Shown here piece by piece: positions 45,762 through 54,087 of a stretch of DNA of 54,087 nucleotides. Location: the IMG/VR virus record IMGVR_UViG_3300046777_000758, positions 1 through 54,087 of that record, one strand, 5' to 3'. The stretch is from a virus. Taxonomy: Duplodnaviria; Caudoviricetes. The notes beneath the pieces were generated by a model, which saw nothing but the letters and a program-made list of their open reading frames with translations, was not told the DNA's origin and searched no databases. The position numbers and the translations under genes are program-made. Every line of letters begins with the position of its first letter. Positions within the stretch are counted from its first letter, which is position 1.

Positions 45762-46355
45762 TCAGGTTTGATCAATAATCTTTCCGTATTCATAGTTAGT
45801 ATCATCAGATACTGGAAGAACACGGAATGAAACTGCAAAGACTGATGCCTCTGCTCTCTTCATGCTGATTGTTGATGATTCCATTGAGATTGCTCTCTTT
45901 GTTCTGAACTTACGTGTCTTCGTTGTTGCTGCATCAGAACCAGGTGCATTACCTTCAATCTGAACAGCTTTCTCGAATGGGTACACGCTCTGTCCACCAA
46001 ACTTGAATGTTCTAGTGTTTGCACCATCAAGTGTGTTAACAATATCTGCTGTATTAGAATCACTGTTTGCGATTGTAGTGTTGTAGCTCCATGCGATTGC
46101 AAGGTTTCTCAAAGTACCTTCGGCCATAGTTGTCTTAACCATAACCTTAACTCTTGACTGAATAACCTTAGCAGCGTCACCGAACTGGTCGACTTCAATA
46201 TCAACCATATCAGGCTGCCAAGAGATTTCTACACCACCTTGAGTGTAGCCAACATCAGTAAGTTCGTCAAAGTCGGTTCCTGTCATTGCCAAGTTGGAAG
46301 CACCAACTTTAACAACTGCTTCACCGACCACAATGTTTGCTGCGTTTGTTGTCAT
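45762..46355 (-). CDS. Major tail (tail tube) protein
   Basis: NIVVG.A, DVGYT.GG.E....PD...IEVDQ..D and T..AE.TL.NL motifs; SD AGGAG; position. Confidence 0.85.
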   Translation of the reverse strand: MTTNAANIVVGEAVVKVGASNLAMTGTDFDELTDVGYTQGGVEISWQPDMVDIEVDQFGDAAKVIQSRVKVMVKTTMAEGTLRNLAIAWSYNTTIANSDSNTADIVNTLDGANTRTFKFGGQSVYPFEKAVQIEGNAPGSDAATTKTRKFRTKRAISMESSTISMKRAEASVFAVSFRVLPVSDDTNYEYGKIIDQT

Positions 46356-46368
46356 TTTTTTCTCCTAA

Positions 46369-46563
46369 TTATTCGAGGAAGAAAATTTTCTTTCCTCTTT
46401 TATCACGCCATTTAGCGATCTTTTTTACATGGTCTGGGTGTACTTCATCTTCTTTTCTACCAATTCCCAAGCCTTTCTGCCATTCAAACTCGTAAGATTT
46501 AGAACCCATTCTGACGGTATAACCTTCAGTTTTACCTATGTATGTAATAGTAGTATACTTCAT
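46369..46563 (-). CDS. Small basic hypothetical protein
   Basis: Fills the gap; TGgTATGCT ends 8 nt upstream of the ATG. Confidence 0.65.
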   Translation of the reverse strand: MKYTTITYIGKTEGYTVRMGSKSYEFEWQKGLGIGRKEDEVHPDHVKKIAKWRDKRGKKIFFLE

Positions 46564-46583
46564 ATCTTATTAGCATACCATAC

Positions 46584-47003
46584 CTATGCGTAAGAAGTTG
46601 AATATATCCTAAAATCTAAGTCCATTTGATACCAGCCCTCTTTTTCTAAAGGCTCAAGAATTGAAGAACCTACAAAAATTGAGGACTTAAATCTATGGTT
46701 TTCACTCTCAATACCACCAGATTGAGAAACTGTATCCCCTCTACCTAGCAAATATATAAATCTTTCAGCTATTTTAAACAATCTATCTGCGTCACTATCA
46801 TATATTGAATATCTCACATTGTCATATCTATTCCAGAATGCCTCAACTGATGGTATTGATGGATAAAAATAATAAACAACGAATGGTGGTGCTTCAGTTC
46901 CATATCCAATTACAGGAAAAAAATTCATTGTCTTTCCGGCAATAGATTGGAGTGTTGCATCGTCTTTTAAAAAATTATTAACATCATAAATACTTATTGT
47001 CAT
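46584..47003 (-). CDS. Probable tail terminator
   Basis: Size, position and PFVVY motif. Confidence 0.62.
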   Translation of the reverse strand: MTISIYDVNNFLKDDATLQSIAGKTMNFFPVIGYGTEAPPFVVYYFYPSIPSVEAFWNRYDNVRYSIYDSDADRLFKIAERFIYLLGRGDTVSQSGGIESENHRFKSSIFVGSSILEPLEKEGWYQMDLDFRIYSTSYA

Positions 47004-47542
47004 CTTCCACCAACTCTTGATCTAACATATGGCAAATCTTGTAAACCAGTAGAACCGCCTCTTGGACCAAAACCAAATCTCTTTATTGCATATTCTAAAT
47101 TTTTAATAATAAGTTCTCTTGCTTCTCGTTTTATCTCGTCTTGATGACCCGGCATTCTTGGAATTCTTGCAGACTTTAAATATGGAGGATAAGGAGGAAC
47201 AGATTCACGCCTTAGTCTCATATATCGACCATTAACAGCAGCAACTCCATACTCTCTTCTGCCCTTTAATAAAACAGCCGCAGCAATATAAGCCTCTGCA
47301 CCATTTCTAGTTTTTGAAACCTTGTCAGGAGATATTTTTAGAGAGAATCCAAGATGACCTCTCGTACTTATTTCGTAATCTAAATATCTAGAAGCTGGAA
47401 ATCTATTGTATAGATTTTGAGCAAGGTTATCTGCGCTTCTATAAAGAGCAGATTGCTGTGCGGATGCAATTCTGTTGGGGAATGTTTCAATCTTATTCAT
47501 TAATGCTTCCATTTGCTTTGTAGCATTGGAATTAATATTCAT
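47000..47542 (-). CDS. Probable tail completion/neck protein
   Basis: Basic protein between stopper and terminator; start set to MNIN at 47542. Confidence 0.55.
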   Translation of the reverse strand: MNINSNATKQMEALMNKIETFPNRIASAQQSALYRSADNLAQNLYNRFPASRYLDYEISTRGHLGFSLKISPDKVSKTRNGAEAYIAAAVLLKGRREYGVAAVNGRYMRLRRESVPPYPPYLKSARIPRMPGHQDEIKREARELIIKNLEYAIKRFGFGPRGGSTGLQDLPYVRSRVGGR

Positions 47543-47543
47543 A

Positions 47544-47918
47544 CTAAGCACCTTCAACCACCCTTCTTGTAACAATTAATAGATGATGTAAAGCACCTTT
47601 ATATCCCATATATTTACGAATGCTTATAATTTCTAATGGGCCAACTTCCAGAACATTTCCATAGCGATCTCTAACATTTTGAATTCTATTGTTATATGTT
47701 ATATATTGAGCGTCTTGATGAGAGATATAAAATTCATATTCATCAATGTTGTCTACATATGGCTCAATTCTTCTTTCGCTTCTTTTTGCTTGAAACACAG
47801 CAGGGATAGTTGCTGACTTTGCAAAAGTTGTTGTCTTCTGTCCTGCAGCATTTGTAGAGGTTGTTCTCGCATACACATCAACTTTATGAACAAATCTTAA
47901 ATATGTTTTTGCACTCAT
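47544..47918 (-). CDS. Probable head-to-tail stopper
   Basis: 124 aa, beta-rich, N..GQ motif; position. Confidence 0.62.
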   Translation of the reverse strand: MSAKTYLRFVHKVDVYARTTSTNAAGQKTTTFAKSATIPAVFQAKRSERRIEPYVDNIDEYEFYISHQDAQYITYNNRIQNVRDRYGNVLEVGPLEIISIRKYMGYKGALHHLLIVTRRVVEGA

Positions 47919-48829
47919 TAGACAATATAATCCATAACAAAAAGCATATAGTCCATAAGTAGAACATCTGCTTCAATATTACCTGTTGTTTCATAGAATG
48001 TATCTTTCATATAAACAGTCAGAGCATCCATTTCAACTCTTGTCATTCCATGAGCTCTATACTCATGGTCGTTGTTCATAAGGTCAGCAATTAGAATATC
48101 GCATGCTTGCTTTACATTCTCTGGGACAAATCTCCAGCCAAAATCTCCAGTAATTTGATATACAGCATCCGGGTCCCAACGACCTAAAATAAATATCTCT
48201 TCAGGTTCAGATGTTTTTTTGAATCTAATGTTATAAGTTGTATCAAAATTAAATGGTTGTTTAATTTTTTCAACTCTATCAACAGTGTCACTTAACAGAA
48301 TAAACTCATCAGATGTTCCCGGATCTTGGATAACTTCTGTCAATGTTGTTACTGGAACTGGCAATCTCAAATTAGAGTAATTATTACCGTTAATTGATAT
48401 TGTCTTATTTGGATAATATTCAAAAGACTGTCCACAATATGCTTCAACAGCATTTTTTACCCTCTTTGCCAAAGAGTCAAATTTGACAGCAAATTCATCT
48501 TCTAGTTCTGGGTGATTATCAAAAAATTCGGCAGCCGTAATGTAAGGGGTGAATACATTGATGTACTGAGACTGTGTATAGGAAGTGCCAGAAATGGTAT
48601 ATGTAAAATCGGCTCTGTAACGCCCCCCAGAATTTAAAATATAGATTCCAGAGGCTTGTTGCCCATATGTAATTGTATAAGTCCCTGTGCCTGTTCTGGT
48701 AGCGCTGGTCGGACCTGAGACAAGATCGCCAAACTCATGATATAGAGATACAGACACTGCATTTGAGGTCGGGTCAGATGGAAGAGTTAAGGTTAATGTC
48801 TTTGATGTGTTTATCTTAACTTCATCCAT
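47918..48829 (-). CDS. Head-to-tail adaptor with N-terminal Ig-like domain
   Basis: VEAYCGQ.F, G.FGW..VP..VKQAC..L and TGN..AD.LL..Y motifs; SD GGAGG. Confidence 0.72.
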   Translation of the reverse strand: MDEVKINTSKTLTLTLPSDPTSNAVSVSLYHEFGDLVSGPTSATRTGTGTYTITYGQQASGIYILNSGGRYRADFTYTISGTSYTQSQYINVFTPYITAAEFFDNHPELEDEFAVKFDSLAKRVKNAVEAYCGQSFEYYPNKTISINGNNYSNLRLPVPVTTLTEVIQDPGTSDEFILLSDTVDRVEKIKQPFNFDTTYNIRFKKTSEPEEIFILGRWDPDAVYQITGDFGWRFVPENVKQACDILIADLMNNDHEYRAHGMTRVEMDALTVYMKDTFYETTGNIEADVLLMDYMLFVMDYIV

Positions 48830-48873
48830 AATACCTCCATTTTATCAGATTTTGATTATTATTACTTAATAAT

Positions 48874-49992
48874 TTAAAATCCAGAACTTTTATCATTGGT
48901 TAAAAAATTCAATAACTCAAACTGTAGTTTTGAGAACATAGTTTTAATTTTTGAAAAAACTTTAAGACCTTCAATTGTTTGATTTTCTAAAATATGATTT
49001 AAAACAATGTCAGCATTTTGAATTTTTTTATCCATATCCGATGGTACAAATTTTTCAAAAAAAGTTTCAAAATCATTTTGAATTCTTTCTTTTTCAATAT
49101 TGATAATTTCATCAACATCCCAAGCAGATGGATGCAATGTCAAAAGGGCAGACAGTGTTCCATAAGCACAATTCTTTTTTATAAAATCTTTCAATTCATC
49201 ACTATTCGGCTGAACCCCGGCAGGTCTTAATCTTGCATTTTCGTTACCTTTCAAATATTCAAAAATTTGCATATCAACCTGATTAGAGATAAATGAATCA
49301 TCAAATCCCAACTGCTCCAAAAAACTTTTTGAGTCTAATGCCATTTCTTCTGTGTTATTAAAAGGCTCATTTGCTACAGAAGACCATTCAGACAACTGTT
49401 TAAAAACTTCCGACAGAGTTCTGCCGTAAAACGGAATTGGGTTTCCATTAATAAAGTATTCTTCAATCTCTTCCGGAATTATTACATGGGCATAAACTAG
49501 ATGACCTACTGAATTGATTGAGAGAACTGGCTCATAAACAACAATTTGATCTAATGTTTTTAACATTGGCTCATCCATGTCTACTCCAACATTGTACCCA
49601 AGAGGTCCATATTTGGCATTGTCACATCTCCAATCCAAGCCATCAATAGACATTGGAATTGAATTCATAAAAACAAAAAAACCTTCATTACTATTTACTG
49701 GTTTGTTATAATATTTCCAAATTCTTTCAAATGGCTGTAGTGGAACTATTTCAAAAGTTATGCCATCGGTTGCAACTAGGTTATATTTATTAGAATATTT
49801 AAAAGGGTCAGAGAAAGCAAGTAGCAATTTCTTATCATTCATTTCAAAAATTTCAAAATCATAAAAAGCAGATGTAGCACCTACTTCTTGAGAATAAAGC
49901 ATAAAATCTTCAATGTCTGAATTCAACTTTTGTAAGATATAGAACATCTGATAATTGTTTGCTACATCATTTGTAAATTTTTGTATTTCCAT
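48874..49992 (-). CDS. Acidic hypothetical protein
   Basis: 372-aa ORF with no recognised motif; TGaTAGGAT ends 6 nt upstream of the ATG. Confidence 0.7.
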   Translation of the reverse strand: MEIQKFTNDVANNYQMFYILQKLNSDIEDFMLYSQEVGATSAFYDFEIFEMNDKKLLLAFSDPFKYSNKYNLVATDGITFEIVPLQPFERIWKYYNKPVNSNEGFFVFMNSIPMSIDGLDWRCDNAKYGPLGYNVGVDMDEPMLKTLDQIVVYEPVLSINSVGHLVYAHVIIPEEIEEYFINGNPIPFYGRTLSEVFKQLSEWSSVANEPFNNTEEMALDSKSFLEQLGFDDSFISNQVDMQIFEYLKGNENARLRPAGVQPNSDELKDFIKKNCAYGTLSALLTLHPSAWDVDEIINIEKERIQNDFETFFEKFVPSDMDKKIQNADIVLNHILENQTIEGLKVFSKIKTMFSKLQFELLNFLTNDKSSGF

Positions 49993-50007
49993 AAAACTAT
50001 CCTATCA

Positions 50008-51051
50008 TTATACTGGTGCCCAATATTTAAATGACACCATTCCAGCAGTTCCAGACCCATTAATTGAATCTCCACCAGAACCATATCCACTAGGGGTTTC
50101 TGATGTTCCAGAACCATATGTTCCATAACCACGACCACCTTCACCACCATAATATCCATAATGAGTTGCTCCAGTACGACCAGCACCTCCAATAATGTAA
50201 TAGCCATCTGGCGATGTTATAGCGTAACCATCTCCAGACCATGCAGCTCCACCACCAGAACCCCATTGATTACAATCTTCCATTGGACCTTGTTTACCAT
50301 ATGTTTGTCCACAGCCTCTTGCTCCACCATTATATGCAAGATCTCCAGAACCCATATTTCCACCAGCATTAGAACTTGCACCTGTTCCAGCAAGACCAGC
50401 ACCACCACCACCTGCTGTCAATGTTGTAATACCAGAGCCGCTAATGCTTGATGAACCACCAGCGCTTTGTGCTCCACCACCTGCTCCAGCAGATGTGTTA
50501 ATTGTTAAACTTGTAGCACTGTTGAGAGAGTAAGAATCTTTCTTTACATATCCACCACAACCACCGCCTGCATAGCCTCCTCCACCACCACCACCAGCAA
50601 TAAATACTTCATAAATTGTTGGTACTATTGCACTTGAACCTGTTGGTGTTATTGTTTGCAGGGTTATTGAACCAGAACCTGAACTAAGTAACTCGTATGT
50701 GTATCTCTTCCATGTTGTGAATGTTGTATTTGAACTCGTAGATGTGCCTGCTGAGTTTGTAGCAACTGCTCTAACATAATAAAATGTCCCAGTTGATGTA
50801 TTTTCAGTCAAACCAGTTTGATTTGAGTATACACTTTGACTTGTACCAGTTAATCCTGTTATTGTTGCGCCATCAATCCAATTTGAGTTATCTGTACTAT
50901 ATTGAAACTTAACACTTGTTGTAGCACCATTTGGATTTACAGTTGCATTAAATGTTGCTCTATTTTGGTTAAAATTAGTAACACTATTAATTGTAATTGA
51001 TGGTGCAGAAGCCTGTGGTGCACTACTTGCTACGATTCCTAAATGCCTCAT
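50008..51051 (-). CDS. Virion fibre/decoration protein (FN3-like plus glycine-rich domain)
   Basis: ATVNPNG..T...F.Y, YYVRAVATNSAGT (FN3-like), then AGGGGGG...GGG.GG domain. Confidence 0.72.
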   Translation of the reverse strand: MRHLGIVASSAPQASAPSITINSVTNFNQNRATFNATVNPNGATTSVKFQYSTDNSNWIDGATITGLTGTSQSVYSNQTGLTENTSTGTFYYVRAVATNSAGTSTSSNTTFTTWKRYTYELLSSGSGSITLQTITPTGSSAIVPTIYEVFIAGGGGGGGYAGGGCGGYVKKDSYSLNSATSLTINTSAGAGGGAQSAGGSSSISGSGITTLTAGGGGAGLAGTGASSNAGGNMGSGDLAYNGGARGCGQTYGKQGPMEDCNQWGSGGGAAWSGDGYAITSPDGYYIIGGAGRTGATHYGYYGGEGGRGYGTYGSGTSETPSGYGSGGDSINGSGTAGMVSFKYWAPV

Positions 51052-51401
51052 GTCGTAATATCACCAACAACCACCCAGTTAGTTGATGTAGTTTTAATAA
51101 AACTACATGCTCCACCTGTAACTCTTATTTGTGGAGTTGCACCTGAAGATGAAGAAAAAGTTATACCACCGGGAGCCGAACTAAAAGCAACATTTGAATT
51201 TGATCTAATGAAATCAAATTGAGAACCAATTGGTAATGCATCGCTTTCAGCTGCTGTGATTGAAATATAAATTACCCCTGTGTTTGTACAATAATAAATG
51301 GAAGATGCATTACTTGAAGTTAATGCAATATTACTATTTGTTGATATTACATTTTGATATCTTTTTTCATCTCTTGATGGGTAGTGCTTAATTCCAGACA
51401 T
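51048..51401 (-). CDS. Small fibre-associated protein
   Basis: PIG..(F)D.I...K...N.WV..GD pattern, resembling the C-terminal domain of 51426-52799. Confidence 0.65.
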   Translation of the reverse strand: MSGIKHYPSRDEKRYQNVISTNSNIALTSSNASSIYYCTNTGVIYISITAAESDALPIGSQFDFIRSNSNVAFSSAPGGITFSSSSGATPQIRVTGGACSFIKTTSTNWVVVGDITT

Positions 51402-51407
51402 ATATAT

Positions 51408-51413
51408 ATTATA
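51408..51413 (-). promoter_or_regulatory. -10 element TATAAT (leaderless geometry)
   Basis: Consensus hexamer 6 nt upstream of ATG 51401. Confidence 0.5.
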
Positions 51414-51425
51414 CCTTTTCAGCCA

Positions 51426-52799
51426 TTAAGCCGATAAATCTCCTATTGCAACCCATGTGTTTGCAGCTCTTTTAATCAAAGTAGCAGCAGACCATTGAAG
51501 CCTTGTTTTAAGACCAGTTGATCTATTAATTGTAACACCAGAGGCTGGGACAATTGTTGTTTGACCAGCACCAACTTGGAGTATATCAATAGATGTTCCA
51601 ATTGGGAAATTAACAGTATTATCAGCAGGCACTGTTAAGTTATTTGCTGTTCCAACATTCATTTCAATCATCTTTCCGGCATCGCCTAATACAAGTGTGT
51701 AATTTGCTGTTTGAGCATTTTGTGTAACAGTTGGTAACTGTGTATACATTACTTGAGTAGCGGTAAATATCACTGAGGGGATTGACGGAGCAGGGCTTGC
51801 AGCAGGAATATATTGAAGTGTTATTGTCGTATCATTAGTTTGCCAAAAAAGTTCAATATAATCTCCAGCACTAACACTTAATACAAGGTTTACAGTCCCA
51901 ACTGCATGGCCGTCTACACCTCCATGACTTGAAACAACGCTGAATTTGGTATCAGAGGCATCAATATTTGTTCCGTTTTTCTTAAACCAAACATTTGCAT
52001 CATGGATTTGCGAATCACTGTTTGCAAATTGAATTGAGAATATAAGAGAATAAACACCAGCACTTGCAAAGTTAATACGGCTACTATTTGATAATGTAAC
52101 TCCATTATTGCTTACATCTGAGTTATTAAAAGTAACAGCATAAGCAGTATTTGCTGCAGTAGCAGTTTGATCTTGTGTTGACCAGAAAGAACCCCAATAA
52201 CCAAGAGCACCACCTGCGCCTGTAGCACCAGTATCACCTTTTGCACCAGTCGCTCCAGTTGCGCCTGTAGCACCAGTTGCACCTGCAAGTTCAATAACCG
52301 TAATTACTGGACCATTGCTTTCACCAAAGTTAAAAGTTCCACCAGCGGAACTAACTAATTTAAGAGCATAAGTGTAAGTACCAGCAGTAGGTGTATCAAT
52401 TACAGTCAAAGCAAAAGGGCTGTTTTCTGAACCAGCAGAACCTTCTGTATGAATAATATTACCAATAGCAGTTGAACCTCTATACAACTGAAGTTGAGTC
52501 CAACCACCAGCACTATTGTTTTCAATATCGCCAGTTACAAGAACTTGTACCGGGTAGCCATTTGTCGTAATGTTTACGCTAACAATTGTTGTGCCAGCAG
52601 AAGAAATGCCAGATTGTTTAGTGCCAAGTGTTTGTGCATAGTTCATTGAGCTAACTGTGCCAATAGGAACTATAGTATTAGATGCATTCTTATAAAATAG
52701 TTTTCCATCAGCATAGTTAAGCCCCAACTCACCGAATTCAAGGGATGACGGAACATTAGAAGCAGTACCTGAATTTTTTAATTTAATGGTATTAGCCAT
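51426..52799 (-). CDS. Fibre protein with Mtd-N-like anchor, collagen repeat and beta domains
   Basis: MANTIKLK.S....P.SL..GEL..N..DGKL.Y N-terminus; G-X-Y run GATGATGATGATGAKGDTGATGAG; SD AGAGGA. Confidence 0.75.
   Translation of the reverse strand: MANTIKLKNSGTASNVPSSLEFGELGLNYADGKLFYKNASNTIVPIGTVSSMNYAQTLGTKQSGISSAGTTIVSVNITTNGYPVQVLVTGDIENNSAGGWTQLQLYRGSTAIGNIIHTEGSAGSENSPFALTVIDTPTAGTYTYALKLVSSAGGTFNFGESNGPVITVIELAGATGATGATGATGAKGDTGATGAGGALGYWGSFWSTQDQTATAANTAYAVTFNNSDVSNNGVTLSNSSRINFASAGVYSLIFSIQFANSDSQIHDANVWFKKNGTNIDASDTKFSVVSSHGGVDGHAVGTVNLVLSVSAGDYIELFWQTNDTTITLQYIPAASPAPSIPSVIFTATQVMYTQLPTVTQNAQTANYTLVLGDAGKMIEMNVGTANNLTVPADNTVNFPIGTSIDILQVGAGQTTIVPASGVTINRSTGLKTRLQWSAATLIKRAANTWVAIGDLSA
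52209..52283 (-). repeat. Collagen-like G-X-Y repeat (9-bp periodicity)
   Basis: About 8 Gly-X-Y triplets. Confidence 0.85.
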
Positions 52800-52811
52800 T
52801 ACTTCCTCCTA

Positions 52812-54086
52812 TTAGAAAGTACCGCCATCTACTGTATCACTCCAAGCAGGTACTCCACCAACAACTTTTAAGAATTGTCCAGCAGAACCAATTCCAAGTT
52901 TAGAAAGTGTATTACCAGATGAAGAATAGATTAAGTCACCAGTTGTATAGGAAGTTAATCCAGTACCACCATATGTTGAAGCAACTGCTGTGCCTTGCCA
53001 GACACCTGTTCCAATTGTCCCAACAGAAGTAAGGCTTGAGCCAGTAACTCCAGAACCCAATGTTGTTGCACTAAGAACAGATGTTCCTGCAATGTAAAAA
53101 GCCTTGCCTGTTAGAAGGTTTAAATGCTCAGATGAAGTCCAAGCATCAGTTGCATCAACCCAGTTAAATGTCTTTGTAGTTGCTCCCAAAACAGAGATAC
53201 CAGCACCATCTGCTGTTGTATCTGTTGGAGTAGCAACATTTGCAAGAACAATATTTTTGTCTTCAACAATAAGAGTTGCAGTATTAAGAGTTGTTGTATT
53301 GCCATTGACAATCAAATCTCCAGTAACTGTCAGTGTATTACCAATTGTTACATCGTCTGGCAGTCCAATTGTAACAGCCCCGGTCCAAGGCCCAGTGCCA
53401 GTACCAGAAACATTAACTTCATTTGCTGTTCCAGTAACAGAAAGAACTCCTGAGTTTGTAAAAGCAAGAGTGCCAGCAGATGAGTTATTATCTGTATATG
53501 TAACACTTATACCAGAGTGTGTTGCTGATGTAATCATTGTTGAAGCAGTATCTTCGACAGCCTCTTGCCAGTTTGAAATTTGTGAATTTGTAATTGATAT
53601 TGCAGAGTTTCCAGCAGCAGTCAAACGACCTTGACCATCAACAGTAAATGTAGCAACAGTATTTGCATTACCATAGGAGCCAGCCGTTACAGTTGTATTG
53701 TCAAGATTTAAAGTAATTGTATCTGTTGCAGAGCCTGTAGATGTTAAGCCTGTTCCACCAGCAATTGTTAATGTATCTCCAAGAGTTACTGTCTGATTTG
53801 TACCGCCATCTCCAGCGACAGTAAAAGAGCCAGAAACTGCAGCAACAGCGCTATCAACATATAACTTTGTTGCAGCATGTGTATTTGCAGTTGGGGTTGG
53901 AACAATTGTTGTTCCACTAAAAGTCTTATTACCAGTAATTGTCTGATTACCAGCAAGGCTTACATATGCGCCTGTACCAGCAATTGCTTCAACAGTGGTA
54001 GCAGTACCACCTGCTCCTCCAGTTCCTTTACCGTAATAAAGAACATCATCTACCTCGTTATATGCAAGTTCTGCATTTTCAAGTGA
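52812..54086 (-). CDS. Fibre/structural protein, 5'-truncated by the window edge
   Basis: The frame of ORF 52812-53624 stays open to the window end (SLENAELAYNEVDDVLYYGKGTGGAGG...HAATKLYVD...VDGQGRLTAA); ends in VDGGTF. Confidence 0.85.
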   Translation of the reverse strand, partial: SLENAELAYNEVDDVLYYGKGTGGAGGTATTVEAIAGTGAYVSLAGNQTITGNKTFSGTTIVPTPTANTHAATKLYVDSAVAAVSGSFTVAGDGGTNQTVTLGDTLTIAGGTGLTSTGSATDTITLNLDNTTVTAGSYGNANTVATFTVDGQGRLTAAGNSAISITNSQISNWQEAVEDTASTMITSATHSGISVTYTDNNSSAGTLAFTNSGVLSVTGTANEVNVSGTGTGPWTGAVTIGLPDDVTIGNTLTVTGDLIVNGNTTTLNTATLIVEDKNIVLANVATPTDTTADGAGISVLGATTKTFNWVDATDAWTSSEHLNLLTGKAFYIAGTSVLSATTLGSGVTGSSLTSVGTIGTGVWQGTAVASTYGGTGLTSYTTGDLIYSSSGNTLSKLGIGSAGQFLKVVGGVPAWSDTVDGGTF

Positions 54087-54087
54087 A

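Noticed and set aside
53104-54086. Plus-strand ORFs 53104-53634 and 53877-54086
   Set aside because: Antisense to a continuous minus-strand fibre gene that runs off the window edge.
51426-54086. Diversity-generating retroelement suggested by Mtd-N-like anchors
   Set aside because: No reverse transcriptase and no template/variable repeat pair with adenine-specific mismatches seen in this window.
1-54087. Stop-codon reassignment
   Set aside because: Genes are intact under the standard code, and TAA, TAG and TGA all end genes at sensible, tightly coupled boundaries.

Overview
Segment of a large, AT-rich tailed dsDNA phage genome (siphovirus-type tail module), with essentially every real gene on the minus strand. 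Reading in transcription order (right to left): fibre/decoration genes, head-tail joining genes, major tail protein, tail chaperone with a -1 frameshift, a 3781-aa tape measure protein, and tail tip/fibre genes. These are followed by HNH, metallophosphoesterase, MerR-like HTH, WhiB, DnaB, primase, SSB, HAD nucleotidase, DnaE, two SAM-methyltransferase-like genes, RecA, a GT4 glycosyltransferase, a pyrimidine-dimer glycosylase and a resolvase. Next come a DNA-modification block (Dam-type, two C5-type methyltransferases, a TGT/DpdA-like protein), a Cas4-like nuclease, RuvC, a YkgJ-like protein, a second GT4, terminase small and large subunits and a GT-A glycosyltransferase. WhiB, an Rpf-like domain and the gene order (reminiscent of large Streptomyces BE/BK-type phages) suggest an actinobacterial host; this is inference. 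Most notable: (1) the tape measure protein carries about 1,850 aa of modular cargo between two copies of its C-terminal motif; (2) the modification block, with a multi-module C5 methyltransferase hiding a nested alternative-frame gene; (3) unannotated small ORFs and a set of leaderless/extended -10 promoters, two of them embedded in hairpins. All family calls come from motif recognition by eye; no database search was run.
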